Below, in pieces: positions 9,535 to 19,531 of a stretch of DNA of 64,000 nt. The notes under the pieces are model-generated. The model saw only the letters and a list, made by a program, of their open reading frames with translations. It was not told the DNA's origin and did not search any database. Numbering within the stretch: the stretch's first letter is position 1; each line of letters starts with the position of its first letter. Origin of the DNA: Candidatus Poribacteria bacterium. GTDB taxonomy: Bacteria; Poribacteria; WGA-4E; WGA-3G. The translations under genes and the position numbers were made by a program. The stretch is from NCBI GenBank assembly GCA_965214095.1, contig OZ243938.1, positions 2,208,001 through 2,272,000 of the forward strand, given 5' to 3'.

Positions 9535-12500
9535 TTACAACCTATCATAACCATAGCCATTCCCAGTTATCTCAAAGAGTGCAGATGCAGCAAGGAAATG
9601 GATATCCGCATCTGTGTCTTCTAAGACTGTCTCCAGCATCTGTGTTGAGCTGCCGTTTTTTGCGTCACCGAGTGCTCGGATGATGTCAAGACGGAAAGCC
9701 CGTTCTGTTTGTTCAGCATGCAATTCTGTCAGTTTTTCCACGAGAGCAGAGACCCCTTGATCGTCCGCAATCTTACCAAGAGCACGTGCAGCATCTCTCC
9801 GTATTTCAATATGGTTGTCTTCGTTATTCATGATTTCAATGATCGGGTCAGTTGTGGTAGCATCCGCGAGTTCACCTAATGCTTGTGTTGCCAATCTTCG
9901 GACATCTTTGTTATCTTCATTTTCTCCGTTTGCGACAAGAACAAGATCCTGCAGCAAAGCAATTGTGCCTGTTTCTCCAATTTTCCGCGCTGTATCTTTC
10001 CGAGTGTCCACATCCGTATCAGAAAGTGCTTCTCTCATCTGATCCACATCCAAGGACCGAGCGCGTGCCAATGCAACGGACGCAGCATTTCTGATAGGAT
10101 TACCTTCCCATTTGTCATCTGAACGTTCCTGCATCTTTTCAGCGATGAATTCAGGTAGGTTTAATTTTTTTGCTGACCTGACGATAACTTCCCAACTCCA
10201 ATTCCTTTTGCGATCATTAAGTGCTAAATTGCGTCTATTTCCAGCATCTTCAAGGGCAACGATAAATTCAGTGTCGTCAACGATACGATTAGCAAGTGCA
10301 TTTGCCGCTTCTGTGCCCTCAATTGCCCCGAGTGCTATTGCAGCTTTGATACGAGGGGAGGCGTTTGCCAATAATGCTGTGCTGGCATCTAAAGGAATAC
10401 GTTTATCTGCTAAGATTGTGACAAGATGTGGTATAGCTGCTGTACTCTTTAATTTACCGAGTGCTGTGATTGCATTGTTGGAGATATTACCGATTCGGAT
10501 ATCCATTGCACGGATAAGGAGGTTTTCCGAAGCAGTATCACCGATGTTTCCGAGAGCGGTGACAGCAGCGGCGCGAATAGCATCTGTCTCTAACTGATTT
10601 TCCACCATTTCACTTAGTTTAGGAACAGCCTTTGAATCTTTTATGCCTCCCAATGCAGCTACTGCTTGTAACCGAACAGCACTGTTCTCATCATTTAGGG
10701 CACCACGTAGGACAGGTGCTGAACGTTCATCACGAAGGGCATTTAACGAAGCAGCTGCAGCAGCACGAATAGATACCGATTCATCTTGATTTTCAAGGAT
10801 TTCAATCAAAGGTTCCACTGTCTTTCGGTCTTTAAAACCACCAAGCCGAGTTACTGCTTCTTTTCTTATCACATAACTCGAATTCTCCAACTCAGCAAGC
10901 ATTGTGTCTAACGCAGAAGCCTGATGAATAACACCAAGCATATAAACGATTGCCCAATGAGTCCATTCGTCGTCAACGGATTTGAGTGCATCAAGGAGGA
11001 GATTAGTCGTTGTTTCATTTCCATTTGTAATAAGTGCACCGATTACCTCGTTTTGAACAGATTGAACTTCATGACCATCTTCAAAACTACCGCGTCCTTT
11101 TTTAACGATGTCAACAAGTGCTTTATCAACGAGTGTAGGACTTATTTCACGAAGTGCTCTTGTGGCTTCAAGACGCGCGGTTTCATATTTATCGTTCTTG
11201 ATAATATCAAGTAACGGATCAGCACTTTTTGTTGATTTGATTGTACCTAATGCGATAGCTGCTTCTTGCCGCACGACTCCCTGTTTGTCCTTCTTCAGTG
11301 CAGTAATTAGTGCATCAACTGCACTATCACCACCAACCCTGCCGAGTGCCCATGCAGCACTCCGTCGCACAGTTGCGCGTTGGTCATCTGCTAATGCATT
11401 CACAAGCGGTTCAACGACAGTGTCACCATTGAAAATACCGAGTGCGCGTGCCACCTCGCTCCGCACAAGACTTGGGATAGGTTTAAGTTCACCCCATATA
11501 CGATAATACGGTTTCGGATAATCACCTGTCCATTCAATGTTCAGAGAATCGAGGTGTGTCCTAAGGACATCAAGGGTTTTATACTGTCGTTTCATGTGAC
11601 GTTGGAAATCTGATATGTCATCAAATTCCATGGATAGCACCCAAAAAAGAATGGGAAGCGTGTCTGTATCCTTTATACGACTGAGCACCTTTACGGCATT
11701 TGCGCGGATAATAGCACTTGTTTCGTCGCTTAGCATCAGCAATAGCATCGGTTGGGTGGCATCTGGAGGTTTCAACTGCCATAAAGCATTAATCGCCGCA
11801 GACCGGACTGTCTCCCGACGCAGTTTGTCCATTGAAATCGCAATCAACTTACGTGTAGTTTCTTCAGAGGAGACATTGATTTTTCCGAGTGCTTCTGCTG
11901 CTTGGGTAACTGTCGTATCATCCAGTTGAAGTGCATCGGCAAGTGCAGTCACAGCAGCGTTGTTGGGACCCCGTGCATACATATTGCCAAGACCTTTTGC
12001 AGCAATAGCCTTAATCTCTTTGTTCACATCACTCGTTAAGATGTCAATAAACAGAGGAATCGCACGACGATCACCTATCGTACTCAGAGCGTTTGCAGAC
12101 TCCAGTTTCACACGGTATTCAGCAGTTTGGAGTGCGTCTATAAGTGCTGGCACTGCTAATCCTCGCATTGAAGTTAGCGAGGCGAGGGCTGCACCTTTCA
12201 GGTCTTCGTCTGCAAGCAGTTGAATTATGGGCAGCACCGCTGATTCTGCTCTAAGTCTTCCCAAAGTATCAATCGCAGCGGATTGTGCGCGTAAGCGGTA
12301 TTTTTTCATCCACGCGTCATCAATATAAGCACTAGCGATATAACTGTATTGATCAGAATAACCATCATCTACATCGGGAATAATGTTATGGGCACGTGTT
12401 TCAAGCACTGCTAAAAGTGGAACAATGGTGGATTGACCGATTCTATTCAAGGCATCTATGGCGGTATTTTGCACGTAACTATTAGAATCTGCTAAGAGTT

Positions 12501-13389
12501 TGATGAGATCGTCAACTGCTGCTTCTGCTTGGAGTTTACCGAGAAGTTTCGCCGCGTGCATTCGCACCTGCGCATTGTTGTTCCTTGTTGCTAACTGAAG
12601 TATCGGTACTATTTCAGCATTCGGTTGGAACTTGGGTTTGCAGAGTTTACCAACTGCGACGATAGCACTATAGGAAACTTCAGGTGTTTCATCCGTTTTG
12701 GTGAGAATTGATTTGTATGTTGGTATGAGTTCACTGTTTTGTAGTGAACCTAATTCGCGTATCGCTGCTTTTTTAATCTGTGGATCTTGGTGTTGGGTGG
12801 CGTTTGTTAATAGCGTAACAAAGTTTGAATTTGTCTCTGTTTGACTTCGTAGTTGTCCCAACAGTTGTCTAACCGATTGGAGAACTGCGGGTTGATAGCA
12901 TTTCTGTGACTCTAAGATGCCAGTTACAACTACCGCATTCGCTTTCTTTGCCAAATCCGAGAGCAGATCAGGACGTTTTTCAACAGCCATTGCAAGTGTA
13001 ATTGCCAATAATCCGGATATAGAATTCCGAGATCGGATAAGGCGTTCCTGTTGGTCAAGTTCATCTGAATCTGGGTCTTCAAGAATTGAGATTGTCTGAA
13101 TACCAGCATTCAATGTTTCAAGATGTGTCAATGCTTGACCGATGGCTTGATGCCAACTATTTGTATCCGTGTTGTCTCGTAGCTGAAGCAAACGGTCAAG
13201 ATGGACTGCTTCCTGAATCTTAGAATCGTTAGCGCGCGATTTTTGAACTGCAGATTCTGCTGCAGCAAAATCTCCTTGAACGATTGCTTGCCTTGCATCA
13301 AGAATACCCTTATCCTCTTTTTCACCGCACCCACTAAAAAGTGCGACACAAAAAATGAGGTGGATACAGATAATAGTGAATTGTTTCAT
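9535..13389 (-). CDS. Large HEAT-repeat (PBS lyase-like) lipoprotein
   Basis: Lipobox LFSGC followed by many VR..AA.ALG..../A...LI..L.D repeats. Confidence 0.85.
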   Translation of the reverse strand: MKQFTIICIHLIFCVALFSGCGEKEDKGILDARQAIVQGDFAAAESAVQKSRANDSKIQEAVHLDRLLQLRDNTDTNSWHQAIGQALTHLETLNAGIQTISILEDPDSDELDQQERLIRSRNSISGLLAITLAMAVEKRPDLLSDLAKKANAVVVTGILESQKCYQPAVLQSVRQLLGQLRSQTETNSNFVTLLTNATQHQDPQIKKAAIRELGSLQNSELIPTYKSILTKTDETPEVSYSAIVAVGKLCKPKFQPNAEIVPILQLATRNNNAQVRMHAAKLLGKLQAEAAVDDLIKLLADSNSYVQNTAIDALNRIGQSTIVPLLAVLETRAHNIIPDVDDGYSDQYSYIASAYIDDAWMKKYRLRAQSAAIDTLGRLRAESAVLPIIQLLADEDLKGAALASLTSMRGLAVPALIDALQTAEYRVKLESANALSTIGDRRAIPLFIDILTSDVNKEIKAIAAKGLGNMYARGPNNAAVTALADALQLDDTTVTQAAEALGKINVSSEETTRKLIAISMDKLRRETVRSAAINALWQLKPPDATQPMLLLMLSDETSAIIRANAVKVLSRIKDTDTLPILFWVLSMEFDDISDFQRHMKRQYKTLDVLRTHLDSLNIEWTGDYPKPYYRIWGELKPIPSLVRSEVARALGIFNGDTVVEPLVNALADDQRATVRRSAAWALGRVGGDSAVDALITALKKDKQGVVRQEAAIALGTIKSTKSADPLLDIIKNDKYETARLEATRALREISPTLVDKALVDIVKKGRGSFEDGHEVQSVQNEVIGALITNGNETTTNLLLDALKSVDDEWTHWAIVYMLGVIHQASALDTMLAELENSSYVIRKEAVTRLGGFKDRKTVEPLIEILENQDESVSIRAAAAASLNALRDERSAPVLRGALNDENSAVRLQAVAALGGIKDSKAVPKLSEMVENQLETDAIRAAAVTALGNIGDTASENLLIRAMDIRIGNISNNAITALGKLKSTAAIPHLVTILADKRIPLDASTALLANASPRIKAAIALGAIEGTEAANALANRIVDDTEFIVALEDAGNRRNLALNDRKRNWSWEVIVRSAKKLNLPEFIAEKMQERSDDKWEGNPIRNAASVALARARSLDVDQMREALSDTDVDTRKDTARKIGETGTIALLQDLVLVANGENEDNKDVRRLATQALGELADATTTDPIIEIMNNEDNHIEIRRDAARALGKIADDQGVSALVEKLTELHAEQTERAFRLDIIRALGDAKNGSSTQMLETVLEDTDADIHFLAASALFEITGNGYGYDRL

Positions 13390-13420
13390 CGTGTATTTTC
13401 TCAATAACATAAAAGAGTGT

Positions 13421-16400
13421 CTACTCCCCTGCAATTACCAATTTCGTCAGATCGGCTACGGCATAGATATGTTTTGCTATACGACTTAGCAATGCTAATC
13501 TATTACTACGAAGGTCAGCATCTTCTGCCATTACAAGAACATCGTCAAAAAACTTATCTATTGCGGGTTGCAGTTCTGCTAACTGTTTCAAAAGTTCTGA
13601 ATATTCTCTCAACTGGATACTTTTCTCAAAATTAGGTTCTGCTTCGGTGATATATGCGTTTAACTCTTTTTCAGCATCATCTTTTAGCAACCCAGTATCC
13701 ACTGTTTCTGGTGCATTTTCAGGCAAAATCCTAAGCACACGATTGAGTGCATTATATATGTCTTCAAAATTGGATGTCAAGCGAAATTCAGCAAGTGCAC
13801 CTGCACGTTTGAGAATATCTGTAATATCAACATCACCGGCTGCTAATACTGCATCAGCAAGGTCAGGGGTATATTTCTGTGTTTGTAAGATAACACGTAG
13901 ACGTTCTTTGATGAAATTCAGAACACTTGTTTTCGTGTCGTCAACTAAATCCACATCATATAGTGAGATAGCTTTTTCTACTACTGGATCTAATGAGAGT
14001 GGAAGCTGCCGATCTTGTAGAATACGTATTGTGCCGAGGACATGCCGTCGTAAAGAATACGGGTCTTGCGAACCAGTCGGCCGTTCCTCTATGCCGAAGT
14101 ATCCTACTATGGTATCAATTTTGTCAGCGATCGCAAGTATTGCACCTACATCGGTTTCGGGCAGTGGTGTATCCGCACCCAATGGTTGGTAATGTTCAGC
14201 GATAGCGTCAGCGACCTCTGCAGTTTCACCAGAATTTTGAGCGTAGTACCTTCCCGTAATCCCCTGTAGTGATGGGAATTCTATGACCATTTGTGTGGTC
14301 AAATCTGCTTTACAAAGCAACGCAGCACGTTCTACGTGATGGGTGGTAGTTTCCGATAACTTCAATTCTGTGGTAATAAACTTCACCAATGCCTTCATAC
14401 GATTTGCCTTATCCAAAAGCGAACCGAGTTTAGCATGAAAGACGACCGCACCTAAACGTTCAACTTTATCAGCGAGATTCGTCTTCTGATCTGCACTATA
14501 GAAGAATTCAGCATCGTTGAGTCGTGCATGTAGCACACGTTCATTACCGTGCCGAACGCCATCAATATTACCATCTGTTCCGTTGGAAATAGTGATGAAT
14601 TTTGGTGCAAGTTCAGCCTCACTTTTCCACATCGGAAAATAACGTTGATGCTTTTTCATCGCAGTAATCAACACTTCAGGTGGTAGTTCCAAATGAGACG
14701 CGCTGAAATTTCCGACAATAGGTTGAGGATTTTCTACGAGATAGTTTACCGTATTCAACAATTCCTCATCTATCACAGGCAAACATCCTTCGACTTCAAA
14801 AGCTTTCCGCACCTGTTTTTCTATAGTGTCACGTCGTTGCTTGTGACATACGATAACATCAACTTCCTGCAATTTCTGAATATAGTTGTCCACGTCTGCG
14901 GATGACAAAGTGATCGGTTCAGGATGCAAAGAACGGTGACCATAAGTGATATTACTTGCATGTGCTGCACCGTAAGTGCAGTTGACAACTACATCTCCGA
15001 GGAGTGCTACAAGCCAACGAATAGGACGGGCAAAACGAGCAAATGTGTGTGGTTCTGCTGAATCTGTTTCCCACCGCATCGTTTTCGGAAAGCGAAGTGC
15101 TTCAACCCATTCGGGTAGGAGTGTTTCCAATAGTTCCTGTGTTGACAATCCTTCTTCAAGTTTGGAGACAGCAATGTATTCGCCACGTTCGGTTTCAACA
15201 ATGCGAATGTCTGAGAGTTCAACACCTTGTGATTTTGCAAAACCGATGGCTGCCTTTGTTGGTTCTCCATTTTCATCGTAAGCAATGCTTTTAGGTGGTC
15301 CAACGATTTCTGTTTCCACACTTTCCTGCAGCGTTTTGATGTCTTTGATAGTCAGTGTTATCCGTCTCGGTGTGCCGAAGGTCTGAATTTCGCCAAACGG
15401 AATTCTATGTTCTTCGAGGGAATCGACCGCTATTTTCCTGAGTTGGTCAAGGGCAGGTGGCACATAACTCGCAGGTATCTCCTCCGTGCCGATTTCAAAT
15501 AGAAGGTCTGCGGTTTCCGAAAGGTTAGATACCTCAGCTGAAGTTGCTTCAGTGCGGTCAGAAACCGCACCTACCGTGGTAGGGGCAGCCTCTGTGTCAA
15601 ATCGTCCCATTAGGGGATGTCCCATCTCTTCACGCTGTGTAACGTACGCACGCGCGATCCGTTGTGCAAGTCTACGCACGCGTTCAATATAACTCACCCG
15701 TTCCGTGACGCTGATAACGCCGCGAGCATCCAGCATGTTGAAGGTATGGGAACATTTCAGAACATGGTCGGTAGCGGGAAGAACTAAACCGGCATCAAGA
15801 CACGCGTGTGTTTCTTTTTCATAGGTGCTAAATTGGTCAAACAGCATGTCAACGTTGGCGTGTTCAAAGTTGTAGGTTGAGTATTCCACTTCGCTTTGAT
15901 GGTGGACATCACCGTAGTTCAGGTGTTCATTCCAACGAATATCAAAAAATGTATCAACATCCTGTAGATAAAGTGCGATTCGTTCAAGTCCGTAGGTAAT
16001 CTCAGCACAAATCGGGGCGAGGTCTATGCTACCCATCTGTTGGAAATAGGTGAACTGTGTAACTTCTGCACCGTTCCACCAGACTTCCCAACCGAGTCCA
16101 GAGGCACCGAGTGTCGGTGATTCCCAGTCGTCTTCTACAAAGCGGATGTCGTTCTTACGGGGTGATATGCCGAGATGGTAAAGACTTTCAAGGTAGAGTG
16201 GCAGCACATTTTCGGGTGCTGGTTTGAGTATGACTTGATATTGGTAGTATGCCCCGAGACGGAAAGGGTTTTCTGCGTATCTGCCATCGGTGGGTCGCCT
16301 CACAGGTTCTATGTATGCTACATTCCAAGGTTCTGGTCCGAGGCATCGTAAAAATGTAGCGGGGTTAAATGTCCCTGCGCCGACTTCTATATCGCATGGT

Positions 16401-16468
16401 TGTTGAATTATACATCCTTGTTCTGCCCAAAATTTCTCTAATGCTAATATTATTTCTTGTAAGGTCAT
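13421..16468 (-). CDS. glyQS: Glycine--tRNA ligase, fused alpha+beta subunits
   Basis: GlyQ motifs ([26 protein letters not shown]) are followed in frame by GlyS ([43 protein letters not shown]). Start MTLQEII. Confidence 0.95.
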   Translation of the reverse strand: MTLQEIILALEKFWAEQGCIIQQPCDIEVGAGTFNPATFLRCLGPEPWNVAYIEPVRRPTDGRYAENPFRLGAYYQYQVILKPAPENVLPLYLESLYHLGISPRKNDIRFVEDDWESPTLGASGLGWEVWWNGAEVTQFTYFQQMGSIDLAPICAEITYGLERIALYLQDVDTFFDIRWNEHLNYGDVHHQSEVEYSTYNFEHANVDMLFDQFSTYEKETHACLDAGLVLPATDHVLKCSHTFNMLDARGVISVTERVSYIERVRRLAQRIARAYVTQREEMGHPLMGRFDTEAAPTTVGAVSDRTEATSAEVSNLSETADLLFEIGTEEIPASYVPPALDQLRKIAVDSLEEHRIPFGEIQTFGTPRRITLTIKDIKTLQESVETEIVGPPKSIAYDENGEPTKAAIGFAKSQGVELSDIRIVETERGEYIAVSKLEEGLSTQELLETLLPEWVEALRFPKTMRWETDSAEPHTFARFARPIRWLVALLGDVVVNCTYGAAHASNITYGHRSLHPEPITLSSADVDNYIQKLQEVDVIVCHKQRRDTIEKQVRKAFEVEGCLPVIDEELLNTVNYLVENPQPIVGNFSASHLELPPEVLITAMKKHQRYFPMWKSEAELAPKFITISNGTDGNIDGVRHGNERVLHARLNDAEFFYSADQKTNLADKVERLGAVVFHAKLGSLLDKANRMKALVKFITTELKLSETTTHHVERAALLCKADLTTQMVIEFPSLQGITGRYYAQNSGETAEVADAIAEHYQPLGADTPLPETDVGAILAIADKIDTIVGYFGIEERPTGSQDPYSLRRHVLGTIRILQDRQLPLSLDPVVEKAISLYDVDLVDDTKTSVLNFIKERLRVILQTQKYTPDLADAVLAAGDVDITDILKRAGALAEFRLTSNFEDIYNALNRVLRILPENAPETVDTGLLKDDAEKELNAYITEAEPNFEKSIQLREYSELLKQLAELQPAIDKFFDDVLVMAEDADLRSNRLALLSRIAKHIYAVADLTKLVIAGE
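15552..15576 (-). repeat. GTAG-REP hairpin inside the glyQS linker
   Basis: Minus strand CGGTAGGTGCGGTTTCTGACCGCAC, of the same family as intergenic copies at 17264, 27142 and 47511. Confidence 0.75.
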
Positions 16469-16711
16469 ATCTGTTGTTTGTTGTCTGCTCCGTTTCTGTT
16501 GGTTGTTTCGGATATTTATTTTAGCATGAGAGAGACATTTTAAGCAAAGGATTTTCAAGACAGTAATAAATGTCTTGAAAATCCTCAAGGAGTTTCTTGA
16601 AGTCGCTCAGCAGCCTCCGACCCAAGAAATAAAACCAAAATGATTATCAGTAGCGATGTTCGTAATTACCAATTGCGGCAAATTAGAATGGTTTGGAGAA
16701 ATAAAGATATT

Positions 16712-16966
16712 TCAACTAATCCCTATGAAAACCCAAGGAGATAACATATAGTGCATTCCTTCCGGTAGTTCGCCAGTATAATGTATGGCTGCGCTTCCTT
16801 CATAATTACCGGAAACTTCATGAATATCGTCTCTCGATTTGCTATGAGCAAAGACAACCCCTGACAACAGTTCGGTATTTTCGCTGATTTCACAGTCAAT
16901 GATAAACAACCATTGATCAGGATATTTCTCAGTCATCTCTTCAAGAGGCATACGTTCATTAGACAT
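16712..16966 (-). CDS. Small hypothetical protein (DUF5678-like, KYPDQW...HS motif)
   Basis: AAGGAG RBS. KYPDQWLFI...GVVFAHSKSRD pattern. Confidence 0.7.
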   Translation of the reverse strand: MSNERMPLEEMTEKYPDQWLFIIDCEISENTELLSGVVFAHSKSRDDIHEVSGNYEGSAAIHYTGELPEGMHYMLSPWVFIGIS

Positions 16967-17070
16967 TTATGCTTCTCCTTGAAAAAGCATACATACATCG
17001 CAGTCCCTGTTAAAATCAATAACATTATACCGAATGTTAGTGACTATTGTCAAATTATTTCAATAATGCA

Positions 17071-17577
17071 GGGTGTGTAAAGTTTTTGGCACAGAGATAT
17101 AAACTTCCGTTTCTTTAGTCCCGTAGGGACGGAATGTTTATAGAAAACGTTATCCGGACCCTTCTTTAGTTCCGTAGGAACGGAATGTTTGGACTTTGTT
17201 TAGGTTATCCACATTCCGTTCCATAGGTGTCAATTTAGTGTAAATTAGGCGTTTTCCCCAGGACGGTAGGTTCGGTTTCCTAACCGAACCGGATCCTACG
17301 CGAGAACCTCTAAGAAGGTATTTGGCACAGAGCCGGTTCGGTTAGGAAACCGAACCTACCGGCACTGGAAGGACGCTAAATTGACGCTTATAGGTTATCC
17401 ACATTCCGTTCCTACGGAACTCAAGAGATTCAATGCGCTGTTTTCTATAAACATAGCGTCCCTACGGGACTGAAGAACGTATTGCAAAAGTTAGAGTGGA
17501 TATGACAACGGCTAAGTAGGAACAGTCCGGCATCCGACAATATCAGCAGATTCTTTTGCCAAAAACTTTACACATCC
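17071..17577. mobile_element. MITE with 21-bp TIRs and 9-bp target duplication; carries nested repeats
   Basis: GGGTGTGTAAAGTTTTTGGCA / TGCCAAAAACTTTACACATCC (20/21 match), flanked by AATAATGCA at 17062-17070 and 17578-17586. Confidence 0.88.
17223..17390. mobile_element. Inner MITE carrying an inverted REP doublet, flanked by a long direct repeat
   Basis: ATAGGTGTCAATTTAG / CTAAATTGACGCTTAT ends. TAGGTTATCCACATTCCGTTCC at 17201-17222 and 17391-17412. REP pair at 17264-17292 and 17333-17361. Confidence 0.78.
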
Positions 17578-17681
17578 AATAATGCATAGAAGTTAGAGTT
17601 GTGACTTACAAAGTTGTTTAATTCCCTACATTTATTGAAACGAATGGAGTATAATTGATAATCAAATATGGAGGATATCTA

Positions 17682-18020
17682 ATGAGAGAAATGGGAAACT
17701 GGCGCGAATACCAAATTGAAAGACTCGCTAAAGACCGCGAAGCTGCAATTGACTATCTCCAACTGACATTGGAAGAATACCAAATTGACGGTGACCTTCC
17801 TTTTTTTCTAAAGGGACTTCGCACCTTTATAGAATCACAGGGAGGCGTTTCTGAACTTTCCAAACGAACCGGTATCAAATCCGAGATCCTCTCAGGTATC
17901 CTATCTGACGAGAATGCCCCTCGATTTGACATTCTCAGAACTATGCTGAATGCACTTGAGTGTCAGTTGTTGGTTGCACCTTTAACACTTACGAATGTTA
18001 GCATTGAGATCCAAGTGTGA
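17682..18020 (+). CDS. Addiction-module antidote protein (HI1420-like HTH antitoxin)
   Basis: AAIDYL...GD..FFL..LR....QGGVSELSKRTGI....LS...PRFD..ML.AL pattern. GGAGG RBS. Confidence 0.8.
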   Translation: MREMGNWREYQIERLAKDREAAIDYLQLTLEEYQIDGDLPFFLKGLRTFIESQGGVSELSKRTGIKSEILSGILSDENAPRFDILRTMLNALECQLLVAPLTLTNVSIEIQV

Positions 18021-18049
18021 TTCAAACCTCTTCACTTCTTTCAACTTAA

Positions 18050-19450
18050 TCATTTCAGCAACGACCAATCAGGCTCATCTTCAGGATTACCAAGCGGACC
18101 GTGGGCATTACGAACAATACGTCGTTGCGCGTCATACCAATCCGTATAACTTGTTGCAGGTTGGAGTTTATCGTTTCGCGCATCCATAAGATTTAAGAGT
18201 GTCCTTTCCATCTCATCTGCCAATGTTTTGGTGTCAGGATTGTCAATCAGGTTGTTCATCTGCAGTGGGTCTGCTTCAATGTCATACAACATCTGTTTCC
18301 CATCAAGCCACCGTGCGTAACTATGGGATTTTGTGCGGACACCACGCCATTCATCACCATCCACAAAGTAATCGTAGGTCGCACCGAAGTTCATCGTCAA
18401 AACAGCGTCCTGTTCAAAAGCATCCGTTTCACCACGCCAAGATGCTGACAAATCATAACCTTCTACTGTCCGAGGTGTCTGAATTCCACATAAACCGCAG
18501 AGTGATGGGAATAGATCAACAGGAGATGTAAGTGTGTCGCACGTGCGGTTGCCTTCAAAAACACCGGGAAGCCGCATTATCAACGGCACCTTGATGGATT
18601 CCTCGTAAGGTTTCTTCTTTGCCCAAAAATTGATCCCTTGGGCACCACCTTGCGTGCCATGATCAGACCCAAAAACAAGTAACGTATTTTCCACACGTCC
18701 TGTTCTTTCAAGGTATGCCATCAGTTCACCGAGCATATCATCAACTGCTAACGTCATTGCGAGGTAATGGCGGTAAATCTTTAAGGATTGTTCTCGCTGT
18801 TTATCTGGCACGTTTTCAGGTAGGTGAAGTTCTTCAGGCAGTCGGTCATAGTATTTTTGTGGTGCATACTCGTAAGGTGTACTATGTGCTTGATGTGGAG
18901 AGATAAACAGACAAAATGGTGTATCATCGTTAACTTCATCCATAAACTGAAAGGCATATCGGTTGAGTGCATCAGTTTCATATCCTTCCCATCTTTCATT
19001 TCGCCAGTTATCAAGATTAACAGTGCCGTTGAAATAATCGGTATGAAAGTTATAGCCGCGCCAATGTTGGAAACCGAGTCGGTCACGTCCTTCTGGGACA
19101 TAATCGCGTCCGCCGATTTCTGGGAATGAACCTGTGTGCAAATGCCATTTACCAACCCACGCGGTGCGATAACTGTTTCGACTGAATACATCACCGAGTC
19201 CGATCTCATCGTGTCGGGTATTGACGAAGTTTATGAGATGTCCAGTTGTCTGTGGGTGTCGTCCGGTGAGTAGCATAGAACGGTAAGGTGTGCAGACAGG
19301 TGCAGTTGCGATTGCGTTGGAGAACACAGTGCCTTCCTGTGCGAGTTGGTCAATGTGTGGTGTTTCAATCTGTGTTTCACCATATACAGGCAAGGAACAA
19401 GCACGGATTTGATCAGAAAGGAGATAAACAATGTTGGGTGTGTTTGTCAT
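18050..19450 (-). CDS. Sulfatase (Cys-type)
   Basis: PNIVYLLSDQ, CTPYR, GKWHL, SDHG, PYEESIKVP. Confidence 0.92.
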   Translation of the reverse strand: MTNTPNIVYLLSDQIRACSLPVYGETQIETPHIDQLAQEGTVFSNAIATAPVCTPYRSMLLTGRHPQTTGHLINFVNTRHDEIGLGDVFSRNSYRTAWVGKWHLHTGSFPEIGGRDYVPEGRDRLGFQHWRGYNFHTDYFNGTVNLDNWRNERWEGYETDALNRYAFQFMDEVNDDTPFCLFISPHQAHSTPYEYAPQKYYDRLPEELHLPENVPDKQREQSLKIYRHYLAMTLAVDDMLGELMAYLERTGRVENTLLVFGSDHGTQGGAQGINFWAKKKPYEESIKVPLIMRLPGVFEGNRTCDTLTSPVDLFPSLCGLCGIQTPRTVEGYDLSASWRGETDAFEQDAVLTMNFGATYDYFVDGDEWRGVRTKSHSYARWLDGKQMLYDIEADPLQMNNLIDNPDTKTLADEMERTLLNLMDARNDKLQPATSYTDWYDAQRRIVRNAHGPLGNPEDEPDWSLLK

Positions 19451-19531
19451 ATCAGATGTCTTATTATATGTCGTGTACAAATATAGGCAGGAAATATACC
19501 CACCTAATCAAACTTGGAGAATGAAACGGAA

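Noticed and set aside
16469-16588. N-terminal extension of GlyQS
   Set aside because: GlyQ homology begins at MTLQEII, and the upstream start is a TTG with no support.
17100-17480. Possible CRISPR array (repeated 20-30-bp units)
   Set aside because: The units are mostly inverted and nested, not regularly spaced direct repeats with unique spacers. There are no cas genes in the window.
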